From an uncultured bacterium (GTDB lineage: Bacteria > Oederibacteriota > PGYV01 > CAWJRG01), in contig CAWJRG010000005.1 in assembly GCA_963845185.1 (NCBI GenBank), positions 192,001 through 256,000 on the forward strand: a stretch of 64,000 bases of DNA, given 5' to 3'. Of this stretch, positions 9,877 through 21,526 are shown piece after piece. The translations under genes and the position numbers were made by a program. Each line of letters opens with the position of its first letter. The stretch's first letter is position 1. The notes under the pieces were generated by a model. That model was not told the origin of the DNA. It did no database searches and saw only the letters and a list, made by a program, of their open reading frames with translations.

Positions 9877-12128
9877 CAGTGGACTGCAATTTTGGCAAGC
9901 TTGTGCAGGCTGTTCCCTGTGGTTTTGTTTTTAAGTTCTATAACTGCGATGTATATTCCATGGCTGGCTTTTGCGCCTTTGGCAGTTGTCATATCCCATT
10001 CAGCGCTGTTTGCCCCTTCAGGGTATAACGTCTTTATCAATTCCCCTTTGATATTATATATTTTTACCCTTTCCCAGTCTGCTGCTGCTCCTATAAAAAA
10101 CCCCGTACTGGCCTTGCTGTAACGCACCTGCACCACGGCTCCAGCTAATGGATCTTCCGCTACAACCGCAATATCCTTTATCACGAAATACTGGTTGTTG
10201 GTTGTAACTTTTACCCTGTATGTGCCCGGAAATACCATGTTGCCATTGTCGTCCCTACCGTTCCATCCTCCTATTATATTTCCGTTCATGTCAATAATGT
10301 CCAGTATGCTGGTGCCGTCCGCAATGAATGGCGTTTTAGAGAAGCTGAAATTATGGACAATGTCCGTATCTTTTGTTGACGCTAATGTCCTGACTACCTG
10401 GCCTGTGCTGTCATAAATAACTATCTGAACAGTATAATTGCCCTGAACAGGCGTTAGTGTCATTATGAAAGTTTGAGTTAATGTCGGTGTTGCTTTAAAT
10501 GTGGATGTCATTATCGGGGTTGAAGTTTCAGTACTTGTATTTACAGGCGACTCTGTGTTTGTAATTGTCCGCGTGACCGTATAAGAAAAAACCGCTGTAG
10601 ATGTAATTGTGGAAGACGGCGAAGAAAACCTGGTAGGAGTCCAAGTATATGCAATAGTGCTTGTCTCTGTCAATGTTGCCGTGCCTGTAATAGTAATTGT
10701 CACGCTGCCGGTGCATGCGCATGTGTCCGTTAATGTCGGCGTGCGTGTTGGCGTATTTGTCATTGTATCTGACGCAGTACTTGTTACAGTAGGCGAAGGC
10801 GTTGCTGTCGAAGTGTCTGTCCATGTCGCAATTGAAGTTTCAGTAAACGTATTTTCAGGAGACTCTGTGCTCGTTCCTGTCAATGTTGCCGTGCTGGTTG
10901 ACGTAATTGTCACGCTGCCGGTGCATGCGCATGTGTTCGTTAATGTCGGCGTGCGTGTTGGCGTATTTGTCATTGTATCTGACGCAGTACTTGTTACAGT
11001 AAGCGAAGGCGTTGCTGTCGAAGTGACTGTCCATGTCGCAATTGAAGTTTCAGTAACTGTATTTTCAGGCGACTCTGTGCTTGTTCCTGTCAATATTGCA
11101 GTGCTGGTTGACGTAATTGTCACGCTGTAGGTACATGCGCATGTGTTCGTTAATGTCGGCGTGTGTGTTGGTGTATTTGTCATTGTATCGGTCACTGAGC
11201 CAGTCATAGTGAGCGAAGGCATAGCTGAAGCTGTAACAGTAAGCGTAGTCGAAGTTGTAGAAGTGGCTGTCGGCGTATCCGAAGGAGTCACAGTAACCGA
11301 TGGCGAAGGAGACTCCGCCGGGCTCCATGTGTAAGTTGGCGTATTTGTTAGGCTGAATACCGGCGTATTTGTCGGCGTCGAAGCAGCCTGCAGTTCCATC
11401 TCCATCATTACACATCCTGACGAAATTCTGTTTGAATAGTATGTAACATTATATGGCCCGGCTGCCGTGCAGGTTATGTCATGGCCCGCTCCCCGGATGT
11501 AACTGGCTGTATTTTGGATATTCCAGCGTTCGTTTGTTATGCTGGAAAATGTCATTGCCGCGTTATATCTTTCCGCGAATATCCCCGAAATAATGCTTCC
11601 TGCCTGAGTGGTGGACACTGTAGTAGTCAAAGCCCTTGATGTCGTGCCTGCGTTGTTACTCACGCCGTTTGCCCCTATTGAGCTCACCCCGTCATATTCT
11701 ATTACGCCGGCCGCAGAGTAGGCGACGGCGTTCACGGTAACAGTTATGTTGTTTGGCCCTGCCGCAGGGTTTTGCAAATACCATATTTCGCCCTCAATAG
11801 GATAAGCGACGATTGAATTTGCCGTGCCTGTCACATAAGTAAAATTCTGCCCAGCGTACTGGACGCTGGTTATTTTGACATAGCCTTTAAAAGCCGCGCT
11901 GAATATCAGTATCTTATTGGAATTCGCGCTTGTGTTGTATGTAAAACTGAAGCTTGCAGCATGCGCTGTTGTGTCGGCCATACCGTAATAATTTATGCCG
12001 CATAAAGATACCGAAGAAAAAAATACGGTAAAAGCAAAAACAAAGGCAATAAACAAAATATAATTGAATCTCCTGTTTTTATATAAAATTGCATTTTCTG
12101 TTTTTCTGTTGTTTATTTCGCAATGCAT
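9876..12128 (-). CDS. Secreted protein: N-terminal beta-rich domain, Thr/Pro/Ser stalk, tandem FlgD-Ig-like C-terminal domains
   Basis: Hydrophobic N-terminal segment; TxTxT stalk; [14 protein letters not shown]...WNGRDDNGNMVFPGTY and VKIYNIKGELIKTL...WD...GIYIAVI. Confidence 0.8.
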   Translation of the reverse strand: MHCEINNRKTENAILYKNRRFNYILFIAFVFAFTVFFSSVSLCGINYYGMADTTAHAASFSFTYNTSANSNKILIFSAAFKGYVKITSVQYAGQNFTYVTGTANSIVAYPIEGEIWYLQNPAAGPNNITVTVNAVAYSAAGVIEYDGVSSIGANGVSNNAGTTSRALTTTVSTTQAGSIISGIFAERYNAAMTFSSITNERWNIQNTASYIRGAGHDITCTAAGPYNVTYYSNRISSGCVMMEMELQAASTPTNTPVFSLTNTPTYTWSPAESPSPSVTVTPSDTPTATSTTSTTLTVTASAMPSLTMTGSVTDTMTNTPTHTPTLTNTCACTYSVTITSTSTAILTGTSTESPENTVTETSIATWTVTSTATPSLTVTSTASDTMTNTPTRTPTLTNTCACTGSVTITSTSTATLTGTSTESPENTFTETSIATWTDTSTATPSPTVTSTASDTMTNTPTRTPTLTDTCACTGSVTITITGTATLTETSTIAYTWTPTRFSSPSSTITSTAVFSYTVTRTITNTESPVNTSTETSTPIMTSTFKATPTLTQTFIMTLTPVQGNYTVQIVIYDSTGQVVRTLASTKDTDIVHNFSFSKTPFIADGTSILDIIDMNGNIIGGWNGRDDNGNMVFPGTYRVKVTTNNQYFVIKDIAVVAEDPLAGAVVQVRYSKASTGFFIGAAADWERVKIYNIKGELIKTLYPEGANSAEWDMTTAKGAKASHGIYIAVIELKNKTTGNSLHKLAKIAVH
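10680..11200 (-). repeat. Intragenic 210-bp (70-aa) tandem repeat, about 2.5 copies
   Basis: gtaattgtcacgctg recurs at about 10693, 10903 and 11113; each unit carries TCAC. Confidence 0.85.
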
Positions 12129-12317
12129 TATTATATTCCTTCATGCGTGTGGCAGAAAATTTTTGCAAAAATATTCCAATATAAAATTTACAATTATATA
12201 TAAATTATATCCCGAATTTGTTTTTTTATCCACAAAATATATTTTTAGGATTCCCCTTTTTGTTGACTCGCTGCCAAAACCTTAATTAATAGGTTATCTT
12301 TACCCAAAATGCTTGTG

Positions 12318-12605
12318 TTATTTTGGCTTTAAAATTTTGCTAAAGAGTTCTTTGATACCGCGCAGGCAAATGCCTTTTCCTGAATATTCCTTTATTTTTT
12401 TGCAAAGTTCAATATGCTGTGGCGTATAAACCCTGGTCCGTCCTACTCGCAAAGGTTTGACAAGGTTTTTCCTTTCCCAGTTCCTTAATGTCTGCTGGTG
12501 CACGTTAAGCAACTTTGCCACATCATTTATTGTGAATAACGCCCGGCTGTCTTTATCTTCAGGCGTATTTTCTTCCAAAACTATAGCTGTTTTAATTTTA
12601 TCCAT
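12318..12605 (-). CDS. Short HspR-like MerR-family HTH regulator (paralogue 1)
   Basis: LFTINDVAKLLNVHQQTLRNWERKNLVKPLRVGRTRVY; start MDKI after SD at 12613-12618. Confidence 0.88.
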   Translation of the reverse strand: MDKIKTAIVLEENTPEDKDSRALFTINDVAKLLNVHQQTLRNWERKNLVKPLRVGRTRVYTPQHIELCKKIKEYSGKGICLRGIKELFSKILKPK

Positions 12606-12618
12606 GTCCTTTTCTCCT

Positions 12619-12707
12619 GAACGAAAGTTTATTTTATAAACCGAAGGGTGAAGCAAAATATTACTTTTGCTTGCACCCGGTCAAGTCCCCAGCTGGGGAC
12701 AGGCGGT
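12619..12707 (-). repeat. Two-hairpin dispersed element, degenerate copy
   Basis: aaagtttatttt...gcaaaatattactttt followed by acccggtcaagtcccc-agct-ggggacaggcggt. Confidence 0.7.
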
Positions 12708-12721
12708 TTCTTATGTCAAAT

Positions 12722-15700
12722 TTACCGATGAACCGCGATTTTGGCGAGTTTATGCACGCTGTTCCCTGTCGTATCATTTCTAAGCTCTATAATCGCGATG
12801 TATATGCCGTTGCTCGCCCTCGCGCCGCTGGCCGTTGTCATATCCCAAACAGAGCTGTTTGCCCCTGCCGGGTATAATGTCTTTATCAGCTCCGCGTCTA
12901 TATTATATATTTTTACCCTTTCCCACTCTGCGTTTATTCCGGCATCTATAAAAAATTCAATGCCGCCATTAAAGTAATACACCTTCACTTTGGCATTCGC
13001 TAAGGAATCTTCCGTGACAACTGCAATATCCTTTATTACAAAATATTCATTATTTGTTGTTACTTTTACCCTGTATGTGCCCGGATATACCATGTTGCCG
13101 TTGTTATCCCTTCCATTCCACTCTCCTATGATATTTCCGTTCATGTCAATAATGTTAAGTACGCTGCTGCCGTCTGCAATGAAAGGCGATTCAGAGAAAG
13201 TGAAATTATGGACAATATCCGTGTCTTTTGTTGACGGCAATGTCCTGACTACCTGGCCTGTGCTGTCATAAATAACTATCTGAACAATATCATTGCCCTG
13301 AAGAGGTGTGGGAGTCATTGTAAAAGTCTGCGTTATTGTATAAGTCTGGGTTATTGTCGGTGTCGCTGTAGATGTGCCTGTCCATGAAGCAGTTGAAGTT
13401 TCAGTCCGGGTATTCACAGGCGACGCGGTGTTTGTCCATGTATAAGTTGGCGTGTTTGTCCCTGTCCATGTTGCTGTACCTGTCATTGTAAATGTGTTTG
13501 TTGGCGTTCCTGTAGAAGTCTCCGTAAAAGTATCCGTAGCCGAATCCGTAGGACTCGCCGTGAATGTAATAGAAGGCGAGGGCGAAGGAGACTCTGTTCC
13601 TGTGTCCGTCATTGTCAGCGTGTATGTCGGCGTTTCGGTTGATGTTGGCGAATCTGTTGAAGTTGGCGATATTGACGGAGTATCCGTCACTGATGACCCA
13701 GGAGGCACCGGAGTATCTGTAATAGTTATGGTCGGCGTATTTGTCGGGGTTTCACTTGTTGTCAGTGTATCAGTCGGCGTCCATGTCCCTGTTACCGTAT
13801 ATGTCGGAGTTTCGCTTACTGTCAATGTGTCGGTCTGAGTATATGTCAGCGTTTCACTGTTTGTTTCCGTTTCAGTTTGTGTCTCGGTCGGTGTCGCTGT
13901 ATATGTAGGTGTTTCGCTTGTTGTCAGTGTATCTGTCGTTGTATTCGTTGGTGTCTCACTTACTGTTGCTGTATATGTAGGGGTTTCACTGTTTGTCAAC
14001 GTGTCTGTTGGCGTTTCAGTTGACGTTGGTGAATCTGTTGAAGTCGGCGATATTGACGGAGTATCCGTAACTGACGATCCGGGAGGCACCGGAGTATCTG
14101 TAATTGTTATAGTCGGCGTATTCGTCGGGGTTTCACTTGTTGTCAGCGTATCAGTCGGCGTCCATGTCCCTGTTACCGTATATGTCGGAGTTTCGCTTGC
14201 TGTCAATGTGTCGGTCTGAGTATATGTCGGCGTTTCACTGTTTGTTTCCGTTTCAGTTGGTGTATTGGTCAATGTCTCTGTATATGTAGGTGTTTCACTT
14301 GCTGTCAATGTATCAGTCTGCGTACATGATTCTGTTATAGTCCACGTCGGCGTATTTGTCGGACTCAATGTAGGTGTATTTGTACCTGTCCATGTTGGTG
14401 TATTTGTCGGTGTGCTAGTAGGCGTATTTGTGCCTGTCCACATTGGCGTATTCGTACCTGTCCATGTCGGTGTATTTGTTGGCGTGTTTGTAGGTGTCCC
14501 AGTTGGAGAATCCGTCGGCGTGCTGGTTGGCGTATCCGTACCGGTCCACGTTGGTGTATTCGTTGGACTCCATGTTGGTGTTTCGCTATTTGTTAAAGTA
14601 TCTGTTGGTGTATTTGTTTCAGTCCATGTTGGCGTATTTGTCGGTGTGCTGGTTGGTGTATTTGTACCTGTCCATGTTGGTGTATTTGTCGGTGTGCTAG
14701 TAGGCGTATTTGTGCCTGTCCACGTTGGTGTATTCGTACCTGTCCACGTTGGTGTATTTGTTGACGTGTTTGTAGGTGTCCCAGTTGGAGAATCCGTCGG
14801 CGTGCTGGTTGGCGTATCCGTACCGGTCCACGTTGGTGTATTCGTTGGACTCCATGTTGGTGTTTCGCTATTTGTTAAAGTATCTGTTGGTGTATTTGTT
14901 TCAGTCCATGTTGGCGTATTTGTCGGTGTGCTGGTTGGTGTATTTGTACCTGTCCATGTTGGTGTATTTGTCGGTGTGCTAGTAGGCGTATTTGTGCCTG
15001 TCCACGTTGGTGTATTCGTACCTGTCCACGTTGGTGTATTTGTTGACGTGTTTGTAGGTGTCCCAGTTGGAGAATCCGTCGGCGTGCTGGTTGGCGTATC
15101 CGTGCCGGTCCACGTTGGTGTATTCGTTGGACTCCATGTTGGTGTTTCGCTATTTGTTAAAGTATCTGTTGGTGTATTTGTTTCAGTCCATGTTGGCGTA
15201 TTTGTCGGTGTGCCGGTTGGCGTATTTGTACCTGTCCATGTTGGTGTATTTGTCGGTGTGCTAGTAGGCGTATTTGTGCCTGTCCACGTTGGTGTATTCG
15301 TACCTGTCCACGTTGGTGTATTCGTTGGACTCCATGTGTACGTTGATGTGCTTGTACCCGTCCACGTTGGTGTATTCGTGCCTGTCCATGTCTGAGTATT
15401 TGTCAGTGTGCTAGTAGGCGTATTTGTGCCTGTCCACGTTGGTGTATTCGTATCTGTCCATGTCTGAGTATTTGTCGGTGTCCTAGTTGGTGTATTCGTT
15501 AGTGTCCACGTCGGTGTATTTGTACCTGTCCATGTCGGCGTATTTGTTCCCGTCCACGTTGGCGTATTTGTCGGTGTACTGGTAGGTGTATTCGTTGGCG
15601 TCCACGTCGGCGTATTTGTACCTGTCCATGTTGGTGTATTTGTAGACGTCCATGTTGGTGTATTCGTACCCGTCCATGTCGACGTATTCGTGAGTGTCCG

Positions 15701-18700
15701 CGTCGATGTATTAGTTGGAGTCCATGTGTAAGTTGGCGTTCTTGTTCCTGTCCAAGTTGGTGTACTTGTTGGTGTCCAAGTCCCTGTCACTGTATATGTC
15801 GAACTTGCCGTGGGTGTGTTTGTCGCTGTCAATGTAATAGTATTTGTCGGCGTCCGTGTAGAAGTCGCGGTAGGTGAAGGAATCTGGCTGACAAAATCAA
15901 CTGCTGTCGCTACATCCCTGTCCGGCACAGCCATAGAACCCGGTAAAACCGTGCTGTGCGGGGTTATGGTATTTGTTTGTGCCGTATCATTATATATATT
16001 TATTGTTGCGTAGCCGTTTGCGTTTGTTGTTCCTGTCACGCTGTTTGAACCAGTGCCGCTCAAACCTGATAAAGTTGAAGCTGTAAACAAGGCATTGCCG
16101 GTCGTGTAAATGTTTATTTGCTGGCTGCTTGCCACGCTGTTTCCATATAAATCCACAATCTGTAACTTTATCAAAACCACGCTTCCTATATTATTATAAT
16201 AAGGTGCTGCCGCTGCGACAATATGGTCTGCTGCTGCCGGGCCCCATGTCAATACTACGCTTATATCCCTGTCGGGCGTGCTGTTCGACCCGGGAAGACT
16301 GCTATGCGGCGTAACTGTTACGCTTTCCGCCGAATAATCTATTATTGTTATTGTATCCTGTCCGCTTGAGTTTGTGCTGCCTGCAATAAGGTTTGTTCCT
16401 ATCCCTGTTGGGCCTGTCATATCAGTCGCAGTGAATGTGGCGTGTCCCGAAGCGGCTATGCTTATCGGATAAACCCCCGGCACTATTACTCCGTCCGCAT
16501 CTACAACTTTTATATTAAGCTGTATAGAATTGCTTGCCGTAAGCGTGCCGCCTGTGCTGTTAGAGACTACTATATGGTCTGCACCCGGAGCCACAAACTG
16601 CACTATTGTGCTTACATCGCTTGAATGGTTGCCCCAGATGCCGGAATTTGGGCTGACTGTAATTGTTTCTATATTATTATCTTTTAGTGTTAAATTTGCG
16701 TATCCGCTGGAGTTTGTCGGGCCAAACGCCGTATTTGTTCCTGCACCTGTCCAGCCACCCGGCACTGACGAAAAATATCCTCCGCTGCTTGCGGTTACGG
16801 TCACATATTCTGCAAGAGCCACTGTATTGCCGTACGCGTCCACTATCCATATTGTTATCGGCTCTCCAGTGCCTCCTGCGCCTGCCACTGCTATACCGTC
16901 TGCTGCTTTTGCCACTGCATGATTTGCATTATTAAAAGTAATATAAGATTTCACATCCCTCGCTGGGCTGCCGGCGAGGCCCTCCGTAGGCGTAACCGTA
17001 ACAGATTCGGGCGTCGAGTCAGAAACCTGCAAATACGCATAGCCAAGGGCGCTGGTGTTGCCGTATGCCGTATTATTTCCAGCACCTGTTATTGTCCAGC
17101 CCGCAGGCACTGAAGTGAAATACGCACTGCCGTTCATCGACACGGTCACTGCCTGGGTATATTCAAGCGAATTTCCGTTTATATCCACTATCTGCGCATT
17201 TAATCCCGTCGGGTTTCCTGCAGGCACTGCTGAGTATAAAGGGCTTAATTGCACATGGTCAGGCGGAAATGACACGGTAAAATAAAACACCCTGCTGCTT
17301 GAAACTCCGTTTGTTTCATATCCCGTCACGGTTACTGTCCATGTGCCAGCTGTTGTTCCTGTACCAGGTATTGTGTAATTATAGTTGTAAAGTTTCCAGC
17401 CTGAAGGATTTGACGGGTCTGTTGTGTTGTATGTCATAGCAGCGTTATTGACCCTGACTGTAGCGACCGGGTCTGTAATTGTAATGAACGCGCTTGCTAC
17501 ATCGTAAGAGCCGAACATATCCGATACTTGTGCTGCGATATTGGCCACATTCCCCGTGGTAAATACCGTCCTGGTATTATTCAGGCTGTCAAAGCTTTGA
17601 ATCGAGCTGACAGTCACATAAGTTGATACCGGAAGCTGTATGTCCGAATTTTGTACCGGGCTGCTGTTCTGGTACACTCTGAAATAAGGGTCCCGGCTGC
17701 GCCTGTATTGCCGAGATTATAAAACATCAGTACTAGCTTGTCTCCCGCTGGTATTGTTATTGAAGAAGAAACTGTAACAGTAAAAGTGACTGCAGTCGGC
17801 GCATTGTCTGCATAATTTATATTATTAACTGTTGCCTGGCCTATGAGTGTTGAATTACTTACGCCGTCTGTATAAAATAAAGCCGCCTCTGCGTTCAGTG
17901 CAATCCCGCCTGTCGAAAGCACAAGCCGCACAGGTATATTTTGGGTTATCCTGAGCTGGCTGTAAAGCGGCGGGGACAGCTCCCAGCCCTGCGATGTCAG
18001 GAACCCGACCTGCGTATAAGTCCCGGTCGCGGCCGTATCTGTAATCGTGGTAAAACTAAAAGGCGATGTTGCCGGCGATTGCTGGGATGCGTGCAGCCAG
18101 AGCCATTTCGTGGCTGCCGCAGGGTAAGCAGACAGCGTGTTTTCCTGCGCAGTGGCAGTAAGCCCTGTATTTGTTATTCCTGTGAATGTCAAACCTGTTG
18201 TATCAAGCTGGCCGCCTAGCGCCGTGGCAGGGACAAATTTCCTGAGTATAAGCCAGTAGCTGCTGTTATTATTTACCGGGACATCTGGCTTGCCGTTTGA
18301 ATTGGTGTCATACGCTGCGTTTACATAATTCCATGTACCTGCTCCGGTTGTATCGGCTGCGATTGTAACGCCGCTGGCACCGTCTATCAGGTATGTCGGC
18401 CATCCCATGGAGCTTTGCGCAAGGCTTATGTCAAACCTGTCGTTTGCCCCGGACGTATTGCTCACAGTCAGGTTTATATTGCCTGATGCCCCGGCATTCA
18501 CAACCTGTTGTGTCTGCGGGCTGACGCTTAATCCGCCCACATAAATATGAATAATTTTTGAGTCATTTGCCTGATTTTGGTCTGTAATGCCAAAATCACT
18601 TCCGAGATTGGTAGACATTGTTATTGTGTACATGCCCGGCGGCACCGCGCTTATGTTGAAATAATATCCTACATCCGTGCTTTCGGCAGTCGGCACAGTG

Positions 18701-20483
18701 AGTGTTACATTGGTAAAGGTAGTATTGATTGGAGTAAAGCCTGCAGGGCCTGTTATATTTATGTGTACCGGCAGTCCGCTCCAGTCCCTGAGCCCGTAAT
18801 CCACGACTGTGCCTGTTATCATTACATACCCTGTTGAATTCTGGAATACCTGCCCCTCGCTTGGGTTTTTTATCTGCATTATGCCTGTGTCATGCAGCTG
18901 AGATTTGCCTGTATTTATCTCATTCTGCATATCCTGCTGGGCCTGGCCGTTTAAAGTATTGCCGAACCCCCATACTATCTCGACGACCTGCTGTGCCCCT
19001 GGTGCCATGTTTCCAAGGTTATATTGCATGGCAAATGACGCGTCGCCGTTATATGCTGCGTTGTCAATAAGGTTTCCCGCAAGGTTATCCATGTCTGGCC
19101 ACATGGTGGCATAGTTATTGACTTCATGATGACTGCTGGGTATAAAAGCTGAAAAACCTGCGTAAGATATGCTAGGGTTTTCAGCCGGAACCGGTACTGG
19201 TTTGTAACCATAAACCGTGTCGTTGACATTATCATAGTTGCAGTCGTCACCATTCGGGTCGCCGTTAAAATCCATATCAGACCCCTGAAAAAATATTACT
19301 CCGTTTGCCGTCCTTGTAGCGTGTGTGTTTGTCAAATAATAAATAGTGGCGTACCATTTCGTATTGCCTCTTATTATGGTTTTTTTTGCACACGTAAAAG
19401 ATACCCTGTTCCTTGTTACCACAGCCTGCTGAAAATTATCACTTATTACTGATTCGAGCTGGCCCCACGGGGTTGTGTTAATGTCGTAATAAGTAAAATT
19501 TACGTTTGTGAATGTGTCAGAGGCATTGACGTGGTCGTCATTGTCGTTGTATGTAAAACAAGGGTTGGGTGCGCCGGCGTTTCCATATTGGTAAGTATAT
19601 GCGCCGTTAGTAAACCTTAAAGCTAATTTTGCCGCTGCGCCTGTTGCTACATCCCTTCCCACGCCGAAATCCTGGCTTCTGCCCATGTGGTCTTTGTAAT
19701 AAACCACCCCGCCGTCGGTATTATGTCCGTCTCTCCCATATAAGGATAAATAAGCGCCGACTGCTGTCCGCATGGGATATTTGATCCGGCCACGGCTCCT
19801 TGGGTTGGTATTTCAAGCAGCAGGGAGAAATACGGCTGCGGCGGCGAAAGCACTACTGAATAACCTGCTATCGGGTCGTCATAGAAATAAAGCGTATCGC
19901 CCCCCATGTAGCATACGCTTTTGTCATAAACCTCGCCGTTTTTATTTTTTGCGCCGTTAGCGATTTCAATGCCGTCATCCCTGATAATTTTCTTTACCAT
20001 CATGCCCTTTGGTATCTGGACCTGTATCCTGTACCACTGGCCGTCAAGTTTGTTGTTTAGCTCGACCCTTATTAGCTTTTCGTTCAACCTGCTTATATTC
20101 AGCGTGGCTTTTTTCAATTCAAAAATGTTTATATTTTTATTCAGCAGTTTTGCCGCGTAAGCTGCCTGTGTTTCGTCAAATCCGTATTCAAAAATATCCT
20201 TATACGCACCGCGTTTTTTGAAAAATTTTCTCGGCAACTTTTCAATGCTGCTTATTAAATTATCATTTACATTCCTATCGTTATCCTTATAGATAAAAAC
20301 ATTTTCTACGGGGTCATAGGCAATTATGTTGTTATTTGCGCCTACTGGCCTGACCGCGGCATTATCCGGCAACGCGTATAAAATATTTAAAAATAAAAAC
20401 AGGAATATCCCCATAAAAGCAATTTGTTTTGTTTTAAAATTGTTCCCGGCTCTTTTCACTGTTATTCCATTTTTTCCTTGCAA
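12722..20483 (-). CDS. Giant secreted adhesin-like protein (about 2590 aa when joined): N-terminal domains, four Ig-like repeats, long Thr/Pro stalk, tandem FlgD-Ig-like C-terminus; split by two apparent -1 indels
   Basis: ORFs 19647-20483, 17614-19773 and 12722-17677 overlap and each is offset by one missing base; adding a base at cccc 19707-19710 gives [11 protein letters not shown], and at ggg/ccc 17688-17694 gives AAG(T/D)PYFRVYQN. Confidence 0.8.
14380..15320 (-). repeat. Intragenic 282-bp (94-aa) near-perfect tandem repeat, about 3 copies
   Basis: Near-identical shadow ORFs at 14494, 14776 and 15058 spaced exactly 282 bp; units built of TNTPTWTG. Confidence 0.92.
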
Positions 20484-20528
20484 GTTTATTCCTTTTAACT
20501 TGACATCTTAATTATGCTGTATTTAATT

Positions 20529-20849
20529 TCATTTATCTGTAACCTGGCTCACATTCCTGGTTTTTGCGCCGTGCCGTTTATTTTGTTTAATAAATTCTAT
20601 TGTTTTATAAACTTCCCTTGTAACATCCGTGTTAAACTGCGTTTCCATTTCCTGCAACCTTGTAAAGATATGTCCCCTGTCTGAAACAACATATTTTGGT
20701 GCCAGGTGATTCAACGCGTAAGCCAGCATATCAAGCCTGCATTGCTCGCATTTGCACACATCGTCTCTTTCCAAAAGCTGCTGGTCTATGTTGTTTCTGG
20801 CTATATCTTCCATATAATTTTTAAGCAATAAGTTATGTTTCTTTTTCAT
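20529..20849 (-). CDS. comFB: ComFB family protein
   Basis: KNYMED...CKCEQCRLDMLAYALNHLAPKYVVS...RH signature of the ComFB domain. Confidence 0.85.
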   Translation of the reverse strand: MKKKHNLLLKNYMEDIARNNIDQQLLERDDVCKCEQCRLDMLAYALNHLAPKYVVSDRGHIFTRLQEMETQFNTDVTREVYKTIEFIKQNKRHGAKTRNVSQVTDK

Positions 20850-20859
20850 TTTTTACCCC

Positions 20860-21135
20860 CTAAATTTTACTAAGGAGTTCTTTGACTCCCCGCAGCGATA
20901 TGCCTTTGCCCGAATATTCCTTTATTTTTTTGCAAAGTTTAATGTGTTGCAACGCGTAAACCCTGGTTCGTCCAACACGCATGGGTTTAATAAGATTTTT
21001 CTTTTCCCAGTTCCTTAATGTCTGCTGGTGTACGTTGAGCAACTTTGCGACATCGTTGATAGTAAATAAATCGTCATCGCCTTTTCTTTTTGTTGCTTCT
21101 TTCTCAACAACTAAAGCTCCCTCGTTTTTTTCCAT
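20860..21135 (-). CDS. Short HspR-like MerR-family HTH regulator (paralogue 2)
   Basis: HTH core nearly identical to 12318-12605; start MEKN after AAGGAG at 21142-21147. Confidence 0.88.
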   Translation of the reverse strand: MEKNEGALVVEKEATKRKGDDDLFTINDVAKLLNVHQQTLRNWEKKNLIKPMRVGRTRVYALQHIKLCKKIKEYSGKGISLRGVKELLSKI

Positions 21136-21215
21136 AAATAACTCCTTAAATCCGTCGATTTTGCCATATACATCTTTGCGAAACCGCAATGGCAATCACT
21201 TGACTTAGTGTCCTA

Positions 21216-21245
21216 ATTATAATTGCTTTATAATACTGTTGTCAA
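21216..21245 (-). promoter_or_regulatory. Sigma70-type promoter for the MerR-comFB-adhesin operon
   Basis: Minus strand TTGACA (21245-21240)-N18-TATAAT (21221-21216). Confidence 0.7.
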
Positions 21246-21526
21246 GTGATTAAAACAGTTGCATAACTCAGTATGTCTTAAAAGCCTTTATTTTTAAAGG
21301 AAAAATACGATACATTGTATTGCATCCTATAGTTGACATACAAGATACTGTAGTTTCGCATTATGAAAACAATCTTAATTTATATGACTTCTTTGGCATT
21401 TTATTTGTTTTCTACTCAATATATTACACTTGGCAAGAAAACACTTTACTTTTTAAAAATTTACAATATAATTAAATTATAGAGAAATTAAATTTCTATT
21501 TTAATTATGGTACTAAAAGGAGTTCA

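Noticed and set aside
9880..13300. Possible diversity-generating retroelement TR/VR pair
   Set aside because: Differences are mostly synonymous and not adenine-specific, both copies are coding, and no reverse transcriptase is present.
14265..15395. Long Val/Gly-rich plus-strand ORFs (also 2187-2552, 3771-4229, 10609-11130, 13452-13838)
   Set aside because: Antisense shadows of Thr/Pro codon repeats; no independent motifs.
14380..15700. Regular repeats resembling a CRISPR array
   Set aside because: In-frame coding repeats without unique spacers; no cas genes in the window.
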